Source of the DNA: Gammaproteobacteria bacterium RIFCSPHIGHO2_12_FULL_37_34
Lineage (GTDB): Bacteria > Pseudomonadota > Gammaproteobacteria > DSM-16500
Direction: 5' to 3'
Length of the DNA: 39,822 nt
NCBI GenBank assembly: GCA_001801495.1
Contig: MGXW01000068.1
Coordinates: 1 to 39,822 of the forward strand
In this document: positions 18,839 through 28,117 of the stretch, piece after piece
Layout: each line of letters opens with the position of its first letter
Numbering within the stretch: position 1 is the first letter of the stretch
Position numbers and translations under genes: made by a program
Notes under the pieces: generated by a model
The model's database searches: none
Told to the model about the DNA's origin: nothing
Seen by the model: only the letters and a program-made list of their open reading frames with translations

Positions 18839-20044
18839 TTAGGTAGTTAAAAATAAATTAGCATAGACAAATGATTGTTTTAACCCTTCATAACAATTCA
18901 TAGCTTGCTCTCCAAGCTGATTGATTTTTAGTTTGATATGTTCATCAGAATCATGACTCATCCATACGCCAACCAGTGCTTCTAATGATTCGCAACTTTT
19001 ATAACCTACGCCACCAATACGCGAGCCTTTATTAATAAATTCAGCCATGATTTTAATCAACCCTTGCATATTTTGACATTGAAACAATTCCAATAGATGA
19101 CGAACAATATTTTGTTTGCCTGGTGTATTCATTAAAACAGCTAAAATAACGCGTTGCTGCTCATCTTTTACAAAAGATCTCAACCTGGTTAAGCGACGTG
19201 ATTGATATTGATGTGATAAGCTTTTTAATAATTGCTCCCCATACAGTTTATCTGCAATAAGACATGAAATTTCATCCACTTGGTTTTTCTCTAAACTAAA
19301 TAAATTGATCCCTCCAAAAACACGATACACATCGTATATAGACGACCCTTCAATTAATTTTTTGAGGAGTTGGTAACCTTGAAGCTGTAAATGATCTAAC
19401 ATTAACTTTACCGATCGAATCTTTTTGATAAACATAGGATCGCTATGCTTTCCATGGATAGCAACATGCGGCGCACAATAATCGAGCTGCGGATTTTTAT
19501 CAACACAACTGTTATTTCTCACTACAATTGTAACAGTAGGAGAATGTAAATGAAAAACAGAGTGGATGAGGCAATCGCCTGCATATATTCTGTTGATCTC
19601 GCCTGATTTTAAAATTGAATTGTTTTTTACTGCTAAGTTACCAATGTAAAATTGAGAATTGATACGAATTTTTTTTGTAAAATCATATTCTGTATGAATG
19701 CTTTGTCCATGCAATAAAGTAAACGCACCACAAAACCCATGTTGATGGATAGTGGTTGTACCATCCATCCAATACAAAGCTTCAATATAAAATCTTGGGT
19801 TTTTGTAGAGTGTGAGCTGAAGATCGCTGAAATGACAATCCCATTGTAGAATATCTAGATGAGAATGCATCACAATATATTCTAAAAGATGCGTGTAGTG
19901 TACATCTCTATTGATATTTTGTTGTATCAAAGCGGTATGTGCAATTTCAGGAAAATCATCTTCATTGTAGTTGTGGCGCATCCATTGTGAATCAATGCTA
20001 TCTCCAAATTTCTGGAAATAATCTTTTATATCTATTGAATCCAT
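18839..20044 (-). CDS. Hypothetical protein with a cupin / cysteine-dioxygenase-like metal-binding domain
   Basis: TTTIHQHGFCGAFTLLHGQSIH followed by CLIHSVFHL...TVTIVVR (HxH...H pattern). ATG 20044 or TTG 20077. Confidence 0.7.
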   Translation of the reverse strand: MDSIDIKDYFQKFGDSIDSQWMRHNYNEDDFPEIAHTALIQQNINRDVHYTHLLEYIVMHSHLDILQWDCHFSDLQLTLYKNPRFYIEALYWMDGTTTIHQHGFCGAFTLLHGQSIHTEYDFTKKIRINSQFYIGNLAVKNNSILKSGEINRIYAGDCLIHSVFHLHSPTVTIVVRNNSCVDKNPQLDYCAPHVAIHGKHSDPMFIKKIRSVKLMLDHLQLQGYQLLKKLIEGSSIYDVYRVFGGINLFSLEKNQVDEISCLIADKLYGEQLLKSLSHQYQSRRLTRLRSFVKDEQQRVILAVLMNTPGKQNIVRHLLELFQCQNMQGLIKIMAEFINKGSRIGGVGYKSCESLEALVGVWMSHDSDEHIKLKINQLGEQAMNCYEGLKQSFVYANLFLTT

Positions 20045-20199
20045 TTGTAAGACCTTGGAGGCTAAATAAGTTGTCAAGAGGATCGTCTGGATATCACTAT
20101 ACCTGAATGTGCCCCTTAAAAAAAACTAGTTTGTTTTAGTTTAACTACATTATTATAATCTCAACTCAACTAAGAACGTTTAAAGCTCTGGAGAAAAAT

Positions 20200-20493
20200 A
20201 TGTCCAATCAAACCGCCCTAACAGCACAAACACAATTAATGAGAAACCCAGATATTTTTTCTTCAGAGATTGATGAAAATTTAGTGGTGATGGATATGGA
20301 AGGAAACTATTTTGCTTTAAATCTAACAGCACAGACAATTTGGGAGTTATTAGAAAATCCCTGCTCCTATGAACAACTCTTGAAATATTTGTTTAAAACT
20401 TATGATATTGAATCTCAACCTTGTCGGCTCGATGTTGAAACTTTTTTAACCGATATGCTGCAGTATAAACTGATACTCGCCAGAAATAGCTAA
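20200..20493 (+). CDS. PqqD-family peptide-binding protein (RiPP recognition element, lasso B1-like)
   Basis: EIDENLVVMD..GNYFALNLTAQTIWELLENP...L...YDI...C..DVETFL..M....LI; GGAG RBS. Confidence 0.88.
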   Translation: MSNQTALTAQTQLMRNPDIFSSEIDENLVVMDMEGNYFALNLTAQTIWELLENPCSYEQLLKYLFKTYDIESQPCRLDVETFLTDMLQYKLILARNS

Positions 20494-20516
20494 ATGAACG
20501 GTATCGATTAGTAAAA

Positions 20517-20594
20517 TCCCTAGGTTGATTTTCAGCCCTCATTCAATTAATCTATGTCGCTCTTAAATAGTGGGTGCGTTTAATCAACTAGGGA
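20517..20594 (+). promoter_or_regulatory. Leader hairpin whose 3' arm contains the RBS of the downstream kinase gene
   Basis: TCCCTAGGTTGATT (20517-20530) pairs with AATCAACTAGGGA (20582-20594) with one bulge; ATG at 20596. Confidence 0.5.
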
Positions 20595-20595
20595 G

Positions 20596-21279
20596 ATGAA
20601 AATGCATAAGCTGGCTGAAAAAAAATTACAGAATAACGAAATCAAATATAAAAATTTATCTAAGAAACTACAAATATCACTTAATGAAAAAGAAGCTTTA
20701 TTAAAAGAAATTTATCATCGCGTTAAAAATAATTTACAAGTCATTTTAAGTTTACTTCATTTGCAAATTGAGACAATACAAGATCAAACTGCTAAACAAA
20801 TATTGTTAGAAAGCGCAACCCGGATTAAGTCAATGGCTCTTGTTCATGAATTGCTCTATCAGTCCAGTAGTTTAGCTAATATCGAGATGGTAAAATACAG
20901 TAATCATTTTTCTAAATATCTTTACGATACTTATAATATTAACATCCATCATAATAAACTAATCCTAGACATTGATGATGTCTCATTAGATATTGAAAAA
21001 GCCATTCCCTGCGGGCTGATAATAAATGAATTAATTTCTAATATATTTAAGCATGCTTTTCCTGCAGGGAATGGAATAATTAAATTATCATTAAAAAAAT
21101 TCGGCAATAAACTCCTATTAACAATTAGTGATAATGGAATTGGTATGCCTCCTAATTTTGATTTGCAAAATGCCAATTCTTTAGGAATGAAGTTGGTTTA
21201 TAACTTAACTAAACAAATCGGCGGAACAATTAAAATGGAATCTAGGCATGGAACAACTTTTACCTTAACAATAAGATGA
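20596..21279 (+). CDS. Cytoplasmic histidine kinase, HisKA_2 family, without a sensor domain
   Basis: LLKEIYHRVKNNLQ, RIKSMALVHELLY, GLIINELISN, DNGIG, SLGMKLV. Confidence 0.92.
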   Translation: MKMHKLAEKKLQNNEIKYKNLSKKLQISLNEKEALLKEIYHRVKNNLQVILSLLHLQIETIQDQTAKQILLESATRIKSMALVHELLYQSSSLANIEMVKYSNHFSKYLYDTYNINIHHNKLILDIDDVSLDIEKAIPCGLIINELISNIFKHAFPAGNGIIKLSLKKFGNKLLLTISDNGIGMPPNFDLQNANSLGMKLVYNLTKQIGGTIKMESRHGTTFTLTIR

Positions 21280-21340
21280 TTGTCTATCTGGATTTAACGC
21301 GAATTCAATCTATAACGAATTTAAAATATTTGAGGTTTTT

Positions 21341-22480
21341 ATGAAGGACATCAGTATACTGGTTGTGGAAGATGAAACTATTACAGCAATGGATATTCAA
21401 ACAACGTTACAAAAATCAGGTTATCGTATTCCAACCATCGCTTCATCAGCAGAAGAAGCTATAGACTCCGTTAAAAAATACAAACCTCACCTTGTTTTGA
21501 TGGATATTGTCCTAAAAGGAAAAATGGATGGGATAGAAGCAGCCAACATTATCTCAAAAAATTATCACATTCCTATTATATTTCTTACTGCTTATAATGA
21601 TGATGATACTTTTGGTAAGGCAAAATTAAGCATGCCGTATGCTTATCTGACAAAACCTTTTCAATTACGTGATTTACAGATGGCAATTGAATTATCACTA
21701 TTAAAGCACCAAATGGATAATCAATTAGCTAAAGAACGCGATCGTATTAGAAATGAATTTTTAGCAACCATCTCACATGAATTACGTACGCCATTGAATG
21801 GAATTATTGGTCTTACCGAACTCATGTATTTCGATAAAATTGATTTCTCGCCTAAACCATATAAAGAATATTTAGGTGATATTTTATCTTGCTCTTATCA
21901 TCTTTTACGATTAATCAATCATGTTCTTGATCTGACAAAAGTTGAAGCAGGGAAAATGGAAATTCACCCTGTTCTTATTAATCTTCATCAAATGATTACT
22001 GAAGTAAGAAATACACTTCTCGCTCTCGCTGAAAAAAACAGCAATCCAATCCATGTGCGAATAGATCCGCAATTAACAGATGTGATCATTGATCCTGATA
22101 GATTAAGAGAGATACTCTATAATTACCTATCAAACGCGATTAAATTTTCATTACCCAAGCAAAGCATTGAAGTTGATGCTTATTCTATTGGTAACAATCA
22201 ATTTCAAATTAATGTAAAAGATCATGGTATTGGTATTGCTAAAGAAGATTTGCATGATGTCTTTATCGCATTTAAGCAAATAAATCCAAAGACAAAAAAA
22301 GGTACACAAGGTACTGGTTTGGGATTAGCATTAACTCGTCGCATTACAGAAATGCTGGGTGGATCCGTTGGTGTTAAAAGTGTTCTTGGGCAAGGTAGTA
22401 CATTTTATGTAATCTTGCCGTGTAAACCACGTAAAAATTTAAAAAATAAAAAAACAACAACAGCTTCTTTGTCATTTTGA
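21341..22480 (+). CDS. Hybrid response regulator / histidine kinase (REC-HisKA-HATPase)
   Basis: REC: ILVVEDE, LVLMDI, FLTAY, KPF. Kinase: SHELRTPL, NYLSNAIKF, DHGIGI, GTGLGL. Confidence 0.93.
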   Translation: MKDISILVVEDETITAMDIQTTLQKSGYRIPTIASSAEEAIDSVKKYKPHLVLMDIVLKGKMDGIEAANIISKNYHIPIIFLTAYNDDDTFGKAKLSMPYAYLTKPFQLRDLQMAIELSLLKHQMDNQLAKERDRIRNEFLATISHELRTPLNGIIGLTELMYFDKIDFSPKPYKEYLGDILSCSYHLLRLINHVLDLTKVEAGKMEIHPVLINLHQMITEVRNTLLALAEKNSNPIHVRIDPQLTDVIIDPDRLREILYNYLSNAIKFSLPKQSIEVDAYSIGNNQFQINVKDHGIGIAKEDLHDVFIAFKQINPKTKKGTQGTGLGLALTRRITEMLGGSVGVKSVLGQGSTFYVILPCKPRKNLKNKKTTTASLSF

Positions 22481-23479
22481 TGTGTCATTCATGATCTCAA
22501 GACCATGATAAATCAACCCCGTATACACTTGCACTAAACTCGCGCCCGCAGCCAATTTTTCTTGTATTGAAGCTTTATCTATTACGCCGCCCGATGCAAT
22601 AATAGGAATGTTATTTTGTAGTAATGGATGCAATTGCTTGATCACATAGGTACTACGTGCCTGCAACGGTCGGCCACTTAGGCCGCCTGCTTCATGAGCA
22701 ACAGGCGACTGTTCTATGCCTTCTCGTTGAATAGTCGTATTTGTTGCAATCACACCATCTATTTTTTGCTGGAGCAAAATGGTCGCCATAGTACGTAATG
22801 CTTCATGTGATAAATCAGGTGAAATTTTAACAACAAGTGGAATATAGCGATGGATTTCAGCAATCTTCCCTTGTTCTTTTTTTAAAGTAGCTAATAACGC
22901 TGTTAACGCATTAGCTTCTTGTAAATCTCTTAAACCAGGTGTGTTGGGAGATGAAATATTAATTGTTATATAACTCGCATATTTCCACAGATGACGAAAT
23001 CCTAAACGATAATCATCAGCTGCGTGTTCCAATGGCGTATCTTTATTTTTACCAATGTTAATTCCCAAAATACCGCGATAGCGAGTTTTTTCTAATTGAT
23101 GAGCTACATATTCCATGCCCTTGTTATTAAATCCCATGCGATTAATAAGAGCTTCTTGTTCTACTAAGCGAAACAATCGTGGTGGCATATTCCCGGTTTG
23201 AGGTTTGGGTGTCACGGTACCAATTTCAATAAAACTAAATCCTAATGCTGCTAATGCATCCACATAATCTGCATTTTTATCTAAACCCGCAGCCAACCCA
23301 ACTGGATGTTGGAAGGTAAGCCCCATAACAGTGCGCGGATGAGCAGTTGGTTTTGTTACCAATCGCAATAATCCAAGCTTATCAGCAAAACGCAAGCCTT
23401 GAAGTGCAATTGTGTGAGAGCGTTCAGGATTAAAGTAAAAGAGAAATTTTCTTAAGTAAGAATACATGCTAAAATGCAT
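22472..23479 (-). CDS. pyrD: Quinone-dependent dihydroorotate dehydrogenase (class 2)
   Basis: GLAAGLDKNA, GTVTPKPQ, LINRMGFNN, NISSPNTPGLR, KISPDL, TNTT, GGLSG; TAATG overlap with uvrD. Confidence 0.97.
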   Translation of the reverse strand: MHFSMYSYLRKFLFYFNPERSHTIALQGLRFADKLGLLRLVTKPTAHPRTVMGLTFQHPVGLAAGLDKNADYVDALAALGFSFIEIGTVTPKPQTGNMPPRLFRLVEQEALINRMGFNNKGMEYVAHQLEKTRYRGILGINIGKNKDTPLEHAADDYRLGFRHLWKYASYITINISSPNTPGLRDLQEANALTALLATLKKEQGKIAEIHRYIPLVVKISPDLSHEALRTMATILLQQKIDGVIATNTTIQREGIEQSPVAHEAGGLSGRPLQARSTYVIKQLHPLLQNNIPIIASGGVIDKASIQEKLAAGASLVQVYTGLIYHGLEIMNDTSK

Positions 23480-25617
23480 TAGATGCGTTTCTCGCTCAAA
23501 TAACTCGCCATTAAAATCTTCGTTCCTATTTTTGGAAAACGAACTTTGACTTTCATATCATCCCCATCTCCTTCGCAATCTAATATAGTGCCCTCACCAA
23601 ACACACGATGATACACTTCTTGGCCAAGGCGGAATTTGCCTTGCGCTTGTGGTTGATACAATGTTGCCGGTTGGATACGTGATACTTTTGCACGAAAACG
23701 AATTTCATTTATAAATGGCACAGGAATTTCATGTAGAAAGCGAGATGGGCGATGATACGATTCTTTACCATGAATACGACGTAATTCAGCATATGTCATA
23801 AATAATTTTCGCATCGCGCGCGTGATACCAACATAACATAAACGACGCTCTTCTTCTAAAGCATTCGGATCATTCATAGAAAGATAATGCGGGAATAATT
23901 CTTCTTCGCAACCTGCTAAAAATACCACAGGAAATTCTAATCCTTTTGCAGCGTGCAATGTCATCAATTGCACACAATCATCGTAACTATCTGCTTGTTC
24001 TTCACCAGATTCGAGTGCAGCATAAGCAAGGAAAGCAGCAAGTGGCGGCAAATCATCAGGCGCACCTTCCTGAGTAAATTGATGAGCGGCATTCACCAAT
24101 TCTTCCAAGTTTTCTAGGCGAATAGCACCTTTTTCGCCTTTTTCATTACGATAATGCTCAATCAAGCCACTCGCGTGCAAGACATGTTCAACTTGTTGTG
24201 GAAGAATAGCCTCACAAATTTTTTCTTCCATAGTGTTTATCATCTGTATAAAAGTAGTTAATGCATATTCAGTACGAGTCGAAAAATGTTTGTTATGGAG
24301 TAATGCTGATAATGCATGCCACAACGTTAACCTATTTGTTTTTGCATAGTCACGTATTGCTGTGATGGTGCGATCGCCAATGCCACGTGTTGGTGTGTTA
24401 ATGATGCGTTCAAAAGAAGAGTCATCAGAACGATTAGCGAGTAAACGTAAATAAGCTAAGGCATCTTTAATTTCAGCACGGTCAAAGTAACGTAACCCAC
24501 CATGTACTCGATAAGGAATACCAAACTGCATCAGCGCTTCTTCAATAACACGTGATTGCGCATTAGAGCGATAAAGAATGGCCATATCTTTTAATTGAAA
24601 TATATCTTGGCGTAAATTGCGAATACGATTCACAATAAAAAATGCTTCGTCAGTTTCATTAAAACCAGCATAGACTGTAATTGGATCGCCATCTTTTTCT
24701 TCTGTCCATAAATTTTTACCTAATCGACCAGCATTCTGAGCAATTAATGCATTAGCTGCTTTCAAAATAATGCCCGTTGAACGATAATTTTGTTCAAGAC
24801 GAATAATAGTTGCCTGTGGAAAATCTTTAGAAAATCGCTGAATGTTTTCAATGCGTGCACCGCGCCAACCATAAATAGATTGATCATCATCACCAACCAT
24901 CATCACAATACTCTTTTCACCAGAAAATAATTTTAACCAAGCATATTGAATCATGTTGGTATCTTGAAATTCATCCACTAATAGGCAACGAAATTTTTCT
25001 TGATAATGCAAACGTAATGCCATATTGGTTTGCAATAATTTATATGTTTTTAAAAGTAAATCTGCAAAATCAATCATGCCAGCACGCTGACAAGCCTCTT
25101 GATAGGTTTGATAAATGGTAATAAATGCTTTGTTTTTAATATCTTGAGGATTAACTTGATGTGGTTCACGCGCTTCTTCTTTTTGTTTATTGATAAACCA
25201 TTGTACTTCTTTTGGTACAAAACGTTTCTCATCTAAATTTAATGCTTGGATCGCACGACGCACCATACGAAATTGATCATCTGCATCTAAAATTTGAAAC
25301 AATTGCGGCAAATGAACCTCTTGCCAATGTGTGCGTAATAGCCGATGAGATAATCCATGAAAGGTCCCTATCCACATGGATTTTTGTGGCGTGTGCAACA
25401 ACGATTCCACACGCGTACGCATTTCATTGGCCGCTTTGTTGGTAAATGTGACTGCAAGAATGTTAAAAGGCGAGATGTTTTCTTTCTCAATTAACCAGGC
25501 GATACGGTGAGTGAGTACGCGTGTTTTGCCGCTACCTGCTCCTGCGAGTACGAGCTGATGTTTAAGCGGTGCTTGCACAGCTTGTTGCTGTGCGGGATTT
25601 AAAGAATTCGGTATCAT
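23479..25617 (-). CDS. uvrD: DNA helicase II
   Basis: LAGAGSGKTRVL, TFTNKAANEM, VDEFQDTN, GDDDQSIYGWRGA, EQNYRST, YRSNAQSR, EEERRLCYVGITRA. Confidence 0.96.
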   Translation of the reverse strand: MIPNSLNPAQQQAVQAPLKHQLVLAGAGSGKTRVLTHRIAWLIEKENISPFNILAVTFTNKAANEMRTRVESLLHTPQKSMWIGTFHGLSHRLLRTHWQEVHLPQLFQILDADDQFRMVRRAIQALNLDEKRFVPKEVQWFINKQKEEAREPHQVNPQDIKNKAFITIYQTYQEACQRAGMIDFADLLLKTYKLLQTNMALRLHYQEKFRCLLVDEFQDTNMIQYAWLKLFSGEKSIVMMVGDDDQSIYGWRGARIENIQRFSKDFPQATIIRLEQNYRSTGIILKAANALIAQNAGRLGKNLWTEEKDGDPITVYAGFNETDEAFFIVNRIRNLRQDIFQLKDMAILYRSNAQSRVIEEALMQFGIPYRVHGGLRYFDRAEIKDALAYLRLLANRSDDSSFERIINTPTRGIGDRTITAIRDYAKTNRLTLWHALSALLHNKHFSTRTEYALTTFIQMINTMEEKICEAILPQQVEHVLHASGLIEHYRNEKGEKGAIRLENLEELVNAAHQFTQEGAPDDLPPLAAFLAYAALESGEEQADSYDDCVQLMTLHAAKGLEFPVVFLAGCEEELFPHYLSMNDPNALEEERRLCYVGITRAMRKLFMTYAELRRIHGKESYHRPSRFLHEIPVPFINEIRFRAKVSRIQPATLYQPQAQGKFRLGQEVYHRVFGEGTILDCEGDGDDMKVKVRFPKIGTKILMASYLSEKRI

Positions 25618-25646
25618 AGTTGGTCCTAGAAAGGTATCATTTTAAT

Positions 25647-26240
25647 ATGACAATCGCCTATCAAAAAGCATATTTTCTCTTAAGTGTAGCGGATATTAAA
25701 CAATTACCAGCAGATCAAGGAATAGAAGTAGCCATCGTTGGCCGCTCCAATGCTGGAAAATCAAGTGTACTAAATCGCCTCACACAAAATAAACGCTTAG
25801 CTAGGGTAAGCAAAACACCAGGCCGTACGCAACATATTAATATTTTTGTATTAGATGATAAACGACGTCTCGCAGATTTACCCGGTTATGGTTATGCTAA
25901 GGCTCCACTTAGCGCTAAGCAAAAATGGCAAAAAACTATTGATCTTTATATAAAACAGCGTCAATCTTTAAAAGGCATGGTTGTCGTGATGGATATAAGA
26001 CACCCGCTCACCGCTCTTGATTTGCAACTGCTAAGTTATTGCTACAAACAGCACTTATCAGTGCATATTCTTTTAAATAAGTTAGATAAGCTCAGCAAAA
26101 CTGCTGTAACCCATACCTTACAAAAAGTGAAAGCAAGTTTAAAAAATGATGATTCACGAGCTACTGTGCAACTTTTCTCTGCCTTAAAAGGGATAGGTAT
26201 AGAAGAGTTAAGAAAGCAGTTGGATAAATGGTATGGATAA
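25647..26240 (+). CDS. engB: Ribosome biogenesis GTPase YihA/YsxC
   Basis: GRSNAGKSS, SKTPGRT, DLPGYGYA, DIRHP, NKLDKL, FSA; ATG 25647 preferred. Confidence 0.95.
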   Translation: MTIAYQKAYFLLSVADIKQLPADQGIEVAIVGRSNAGKSSVLNRLTQNKRLARVSKTPGRTQHINIFVLDDKRRLADLPGYGYAKAPLSAKQKWQKTIDLYIKQRQSLKGMVVVMDIRHPLTALDLQLLSYCYKQHLSVHILLNKLDKLSKTAVTHTLQKVKASLKNDDSRATVQLFSALKGIGIEELRKQLDKWYG

Positions 26241-26247
26241 TGCGTTT

Positions 26248-28086
26248 TTACTCAACAGTCACGGATTTAGCTAAATTTCGCGGTTGATCAACATCGGTAC
26301 CCTTCAGAATGGCAACATGATAAGCAAGTAATTGCAGGGGAATAGTATATAAAATAGGTGCTAATAAAGGATGCACTGCTGGCATCGCCATAATATGCGC
26401 ATCAGCGAAAGCTTCTTGCTGAAAAACTTCCACTTGATCAGTTAAAATAAACAATCGACCGCCACGAGCACGTACTTCTTGCAAATTAGAACTATTTTTT
26501 TCTAGCAAACCATCGCCAGGAATGGTAGCAATCACAGGCATATTGTTATCAACTAAAGCAAGCGGACCATGCTTTAACTCGCCAGAAGAATAGCCTTCGG
26601 CATGAATATAAGAAATCTCTTTCATCTTCAATGCACCTTCTAGCGCAATAGGATATAACGCTCCCCGGCTAATAAATAAAGCATGCTCTTTATCCGTAAA
26701 AAACTGCGCCCATTCAGTAATCACTATATCTTTTTGTAAAACTTTTTGAATGAAGCGAGGCAACTCTTCTAATTGTTCTACCCATTTCATTTCCAACTGC
26801 TGATTTAATCCACGTTTTCTACACAAGGTAATGGCAAATAATAGTAAAGCAACCAATTGTGTAGTAAATGATTTGGTTGATGCCACACCAATTTCCACCC
26901 CCGCCCGTGTCAAAAAATGCAAGTTCGCCTCTCGCATCATGGTGCTGCCTGGTACGTTACAAATAACGAGCGTGCTGAGATAATCCATGCGTTTCGCTAA
27001 ACGTAATGCAGCTAATGTATCTGCGGTTTCACCCGATTGTGATAGCGTAACAAACAAACTATTTTTGGATGGAGCAATATCTCGATAACGAAATTCACTC
27101 GCCACTTCAACTGAACAGGGAATATGCGCTAACGATTCAATCCAATAACGCGCGACCATGGCTGCATGATAACTGGTACCACAAGCAACCAATTGAATAT
27201 GTTCTACTTGAGCAAGTACAGTTTCAGCTTGTGGACCAAATAGCGCTGGTAAAACATGATCTTTAGTGATACGACCTTCTAAACATAAACGAATTGCGTG
27301 CGGTTGCTCCATGATTTCTTTTTTCATGTAGTGGCGATAGTCACCACGCTCCACCGCATCTAAATTAATGGATAGCGTATGTTGTTCGCGCTCAACGAAT
27401 TGATGTGCTTGATCATAAATTGCAACCGAATCTAAAGTAAGATCAGCAATATCATGATCCTCCAAATAAATAAATTGCTGCGTCACTGACAACAATGCTA
27501 AAGGATCGGAGGCTAGAAAATTCTCACCTTGTCCTTTACCAATCACCAAAGGCGCGCCCTGGCGTACACCAATAATACGCGCGGGATAATCCGTAGAAAA
27601 AATTCCTAAAGCATAAGCTCCTTCCAATTCATTGATCGCCGCACGAATAGCTTTGAGCAAATCGTTAGATTGGGTGAAATAATAATGAATGAGGTGAACC
27701 GCAGTCTCCGTATCGGTTTCAGAAACAAAGGTGTAACCCTCATTTAATAATTTTTTTCTTAATATCGTATGATTTTCAATAATACCATTATGAACTAACG
27801 CAATTTTATCGTGTGAAACAAACGGATGGGCATTTTGTTCAGAAGGTGCGCCGTGTGTTGCCCAACGTGTATGAGCAATGCCCATATAAGCCTGTAGTCG
27901 TTCTGCATTTAATACCATTTCAAGCTCGCGCACTTTGCCGGCTACACGCAAGCGCTTAAGCTGCCGCTCGCTATCCACAACTGCTATGCCAGCCGAATCA
28001 TAACCTCGATATTCCAGCTTTTTTAAGCCGTCAATCAATAATCTTTCGATTGGCCGTTTGGCGACCGCACCAACAATGCCACACAT
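26248..28086 (-). CDS. glmS: Glutamine--fructose-6-phosphate aminotransferase
   Basis: True start MCGIVG at 28086 (N-terminal Cys nucleophile); LEYRGYDSAG, HTRWATHG, SQSGETADT, C-terminal PRNLAKSVTVE. Confidence 0.98.
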   Translation of the reverse strand: MCGIVGAVAKRPIERLLIDGLKKLEYRGYDSAGIAVVDSERQLKRLRVAGKVRELEMVLNAERLQAYMGIAHTRWATHGAPSEQNAHPFVSHDKIALVHNGIIENHTILRKKLLNEGYTFVSETDTETAVHLIHYYFTQSNDLLKAIRAAINELEGAYALGIFSTDYPARIIGVRQGAPLVIGKGQGENFLASDPLALLSVTQQFIYLEDHDIADLTLDSVAIYDQAHQFVEREQHTLSINLDAVERGDYRHYMKKEIMEQPHAIRLCLEGRITKDHVLPALFGPQAETVLAQVEHIQLVACGTSYHAAMVARYWIESLAHIPCSVEVASEFRYRDIAPSKNSLFVTLSQSGETADTLAALRLAKRMDYLSTLVICNVPGSTMMREANLHFLTRAGVEIGVASTKSFTTQLVALLLFAITLCRKRGLNQQLEMKWVEQLEELPRFIQKVLQKDIVITEWAQFFTDKEHALFISRGALYPIALEGALKMKEISYIHAEGYSSGELKHGPLALVDNNMPVIATIPGDGLLEKNSSNLQEVRARGGRLFILTDQVEVFQQEAFADAHIMAMPAVHPLLAPILYTIPLQLLAYHVAILKGTDVDQPRNLAKSVTVE

Positions 28087-28117
28087 GAATTGAACCTTTA
28101 TTAAAGAAATTTTTAAC

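Noticed and set aside
20494-20511. Micro-ORF MNGID right after pqqD as a RiPP precursor
   Set aside because: Five codons is too short for a leader plus core; no lasso- or PqqA-like precursor was found nearby.
27805-27820. parS-like half site (GTGAAACA) inside glmS
   Set aside because: Only one half matches TGTTTCACGTGAAACA; not palindromic.
28087-28117. glmS ribozyme or LetA-like box upstream of glmS
   Set aside because: Only 31 nt of intergenic space, too small for the ribozyme; the AAAGAAATTTTTAA match has two mismatches in AT-rich DNA.
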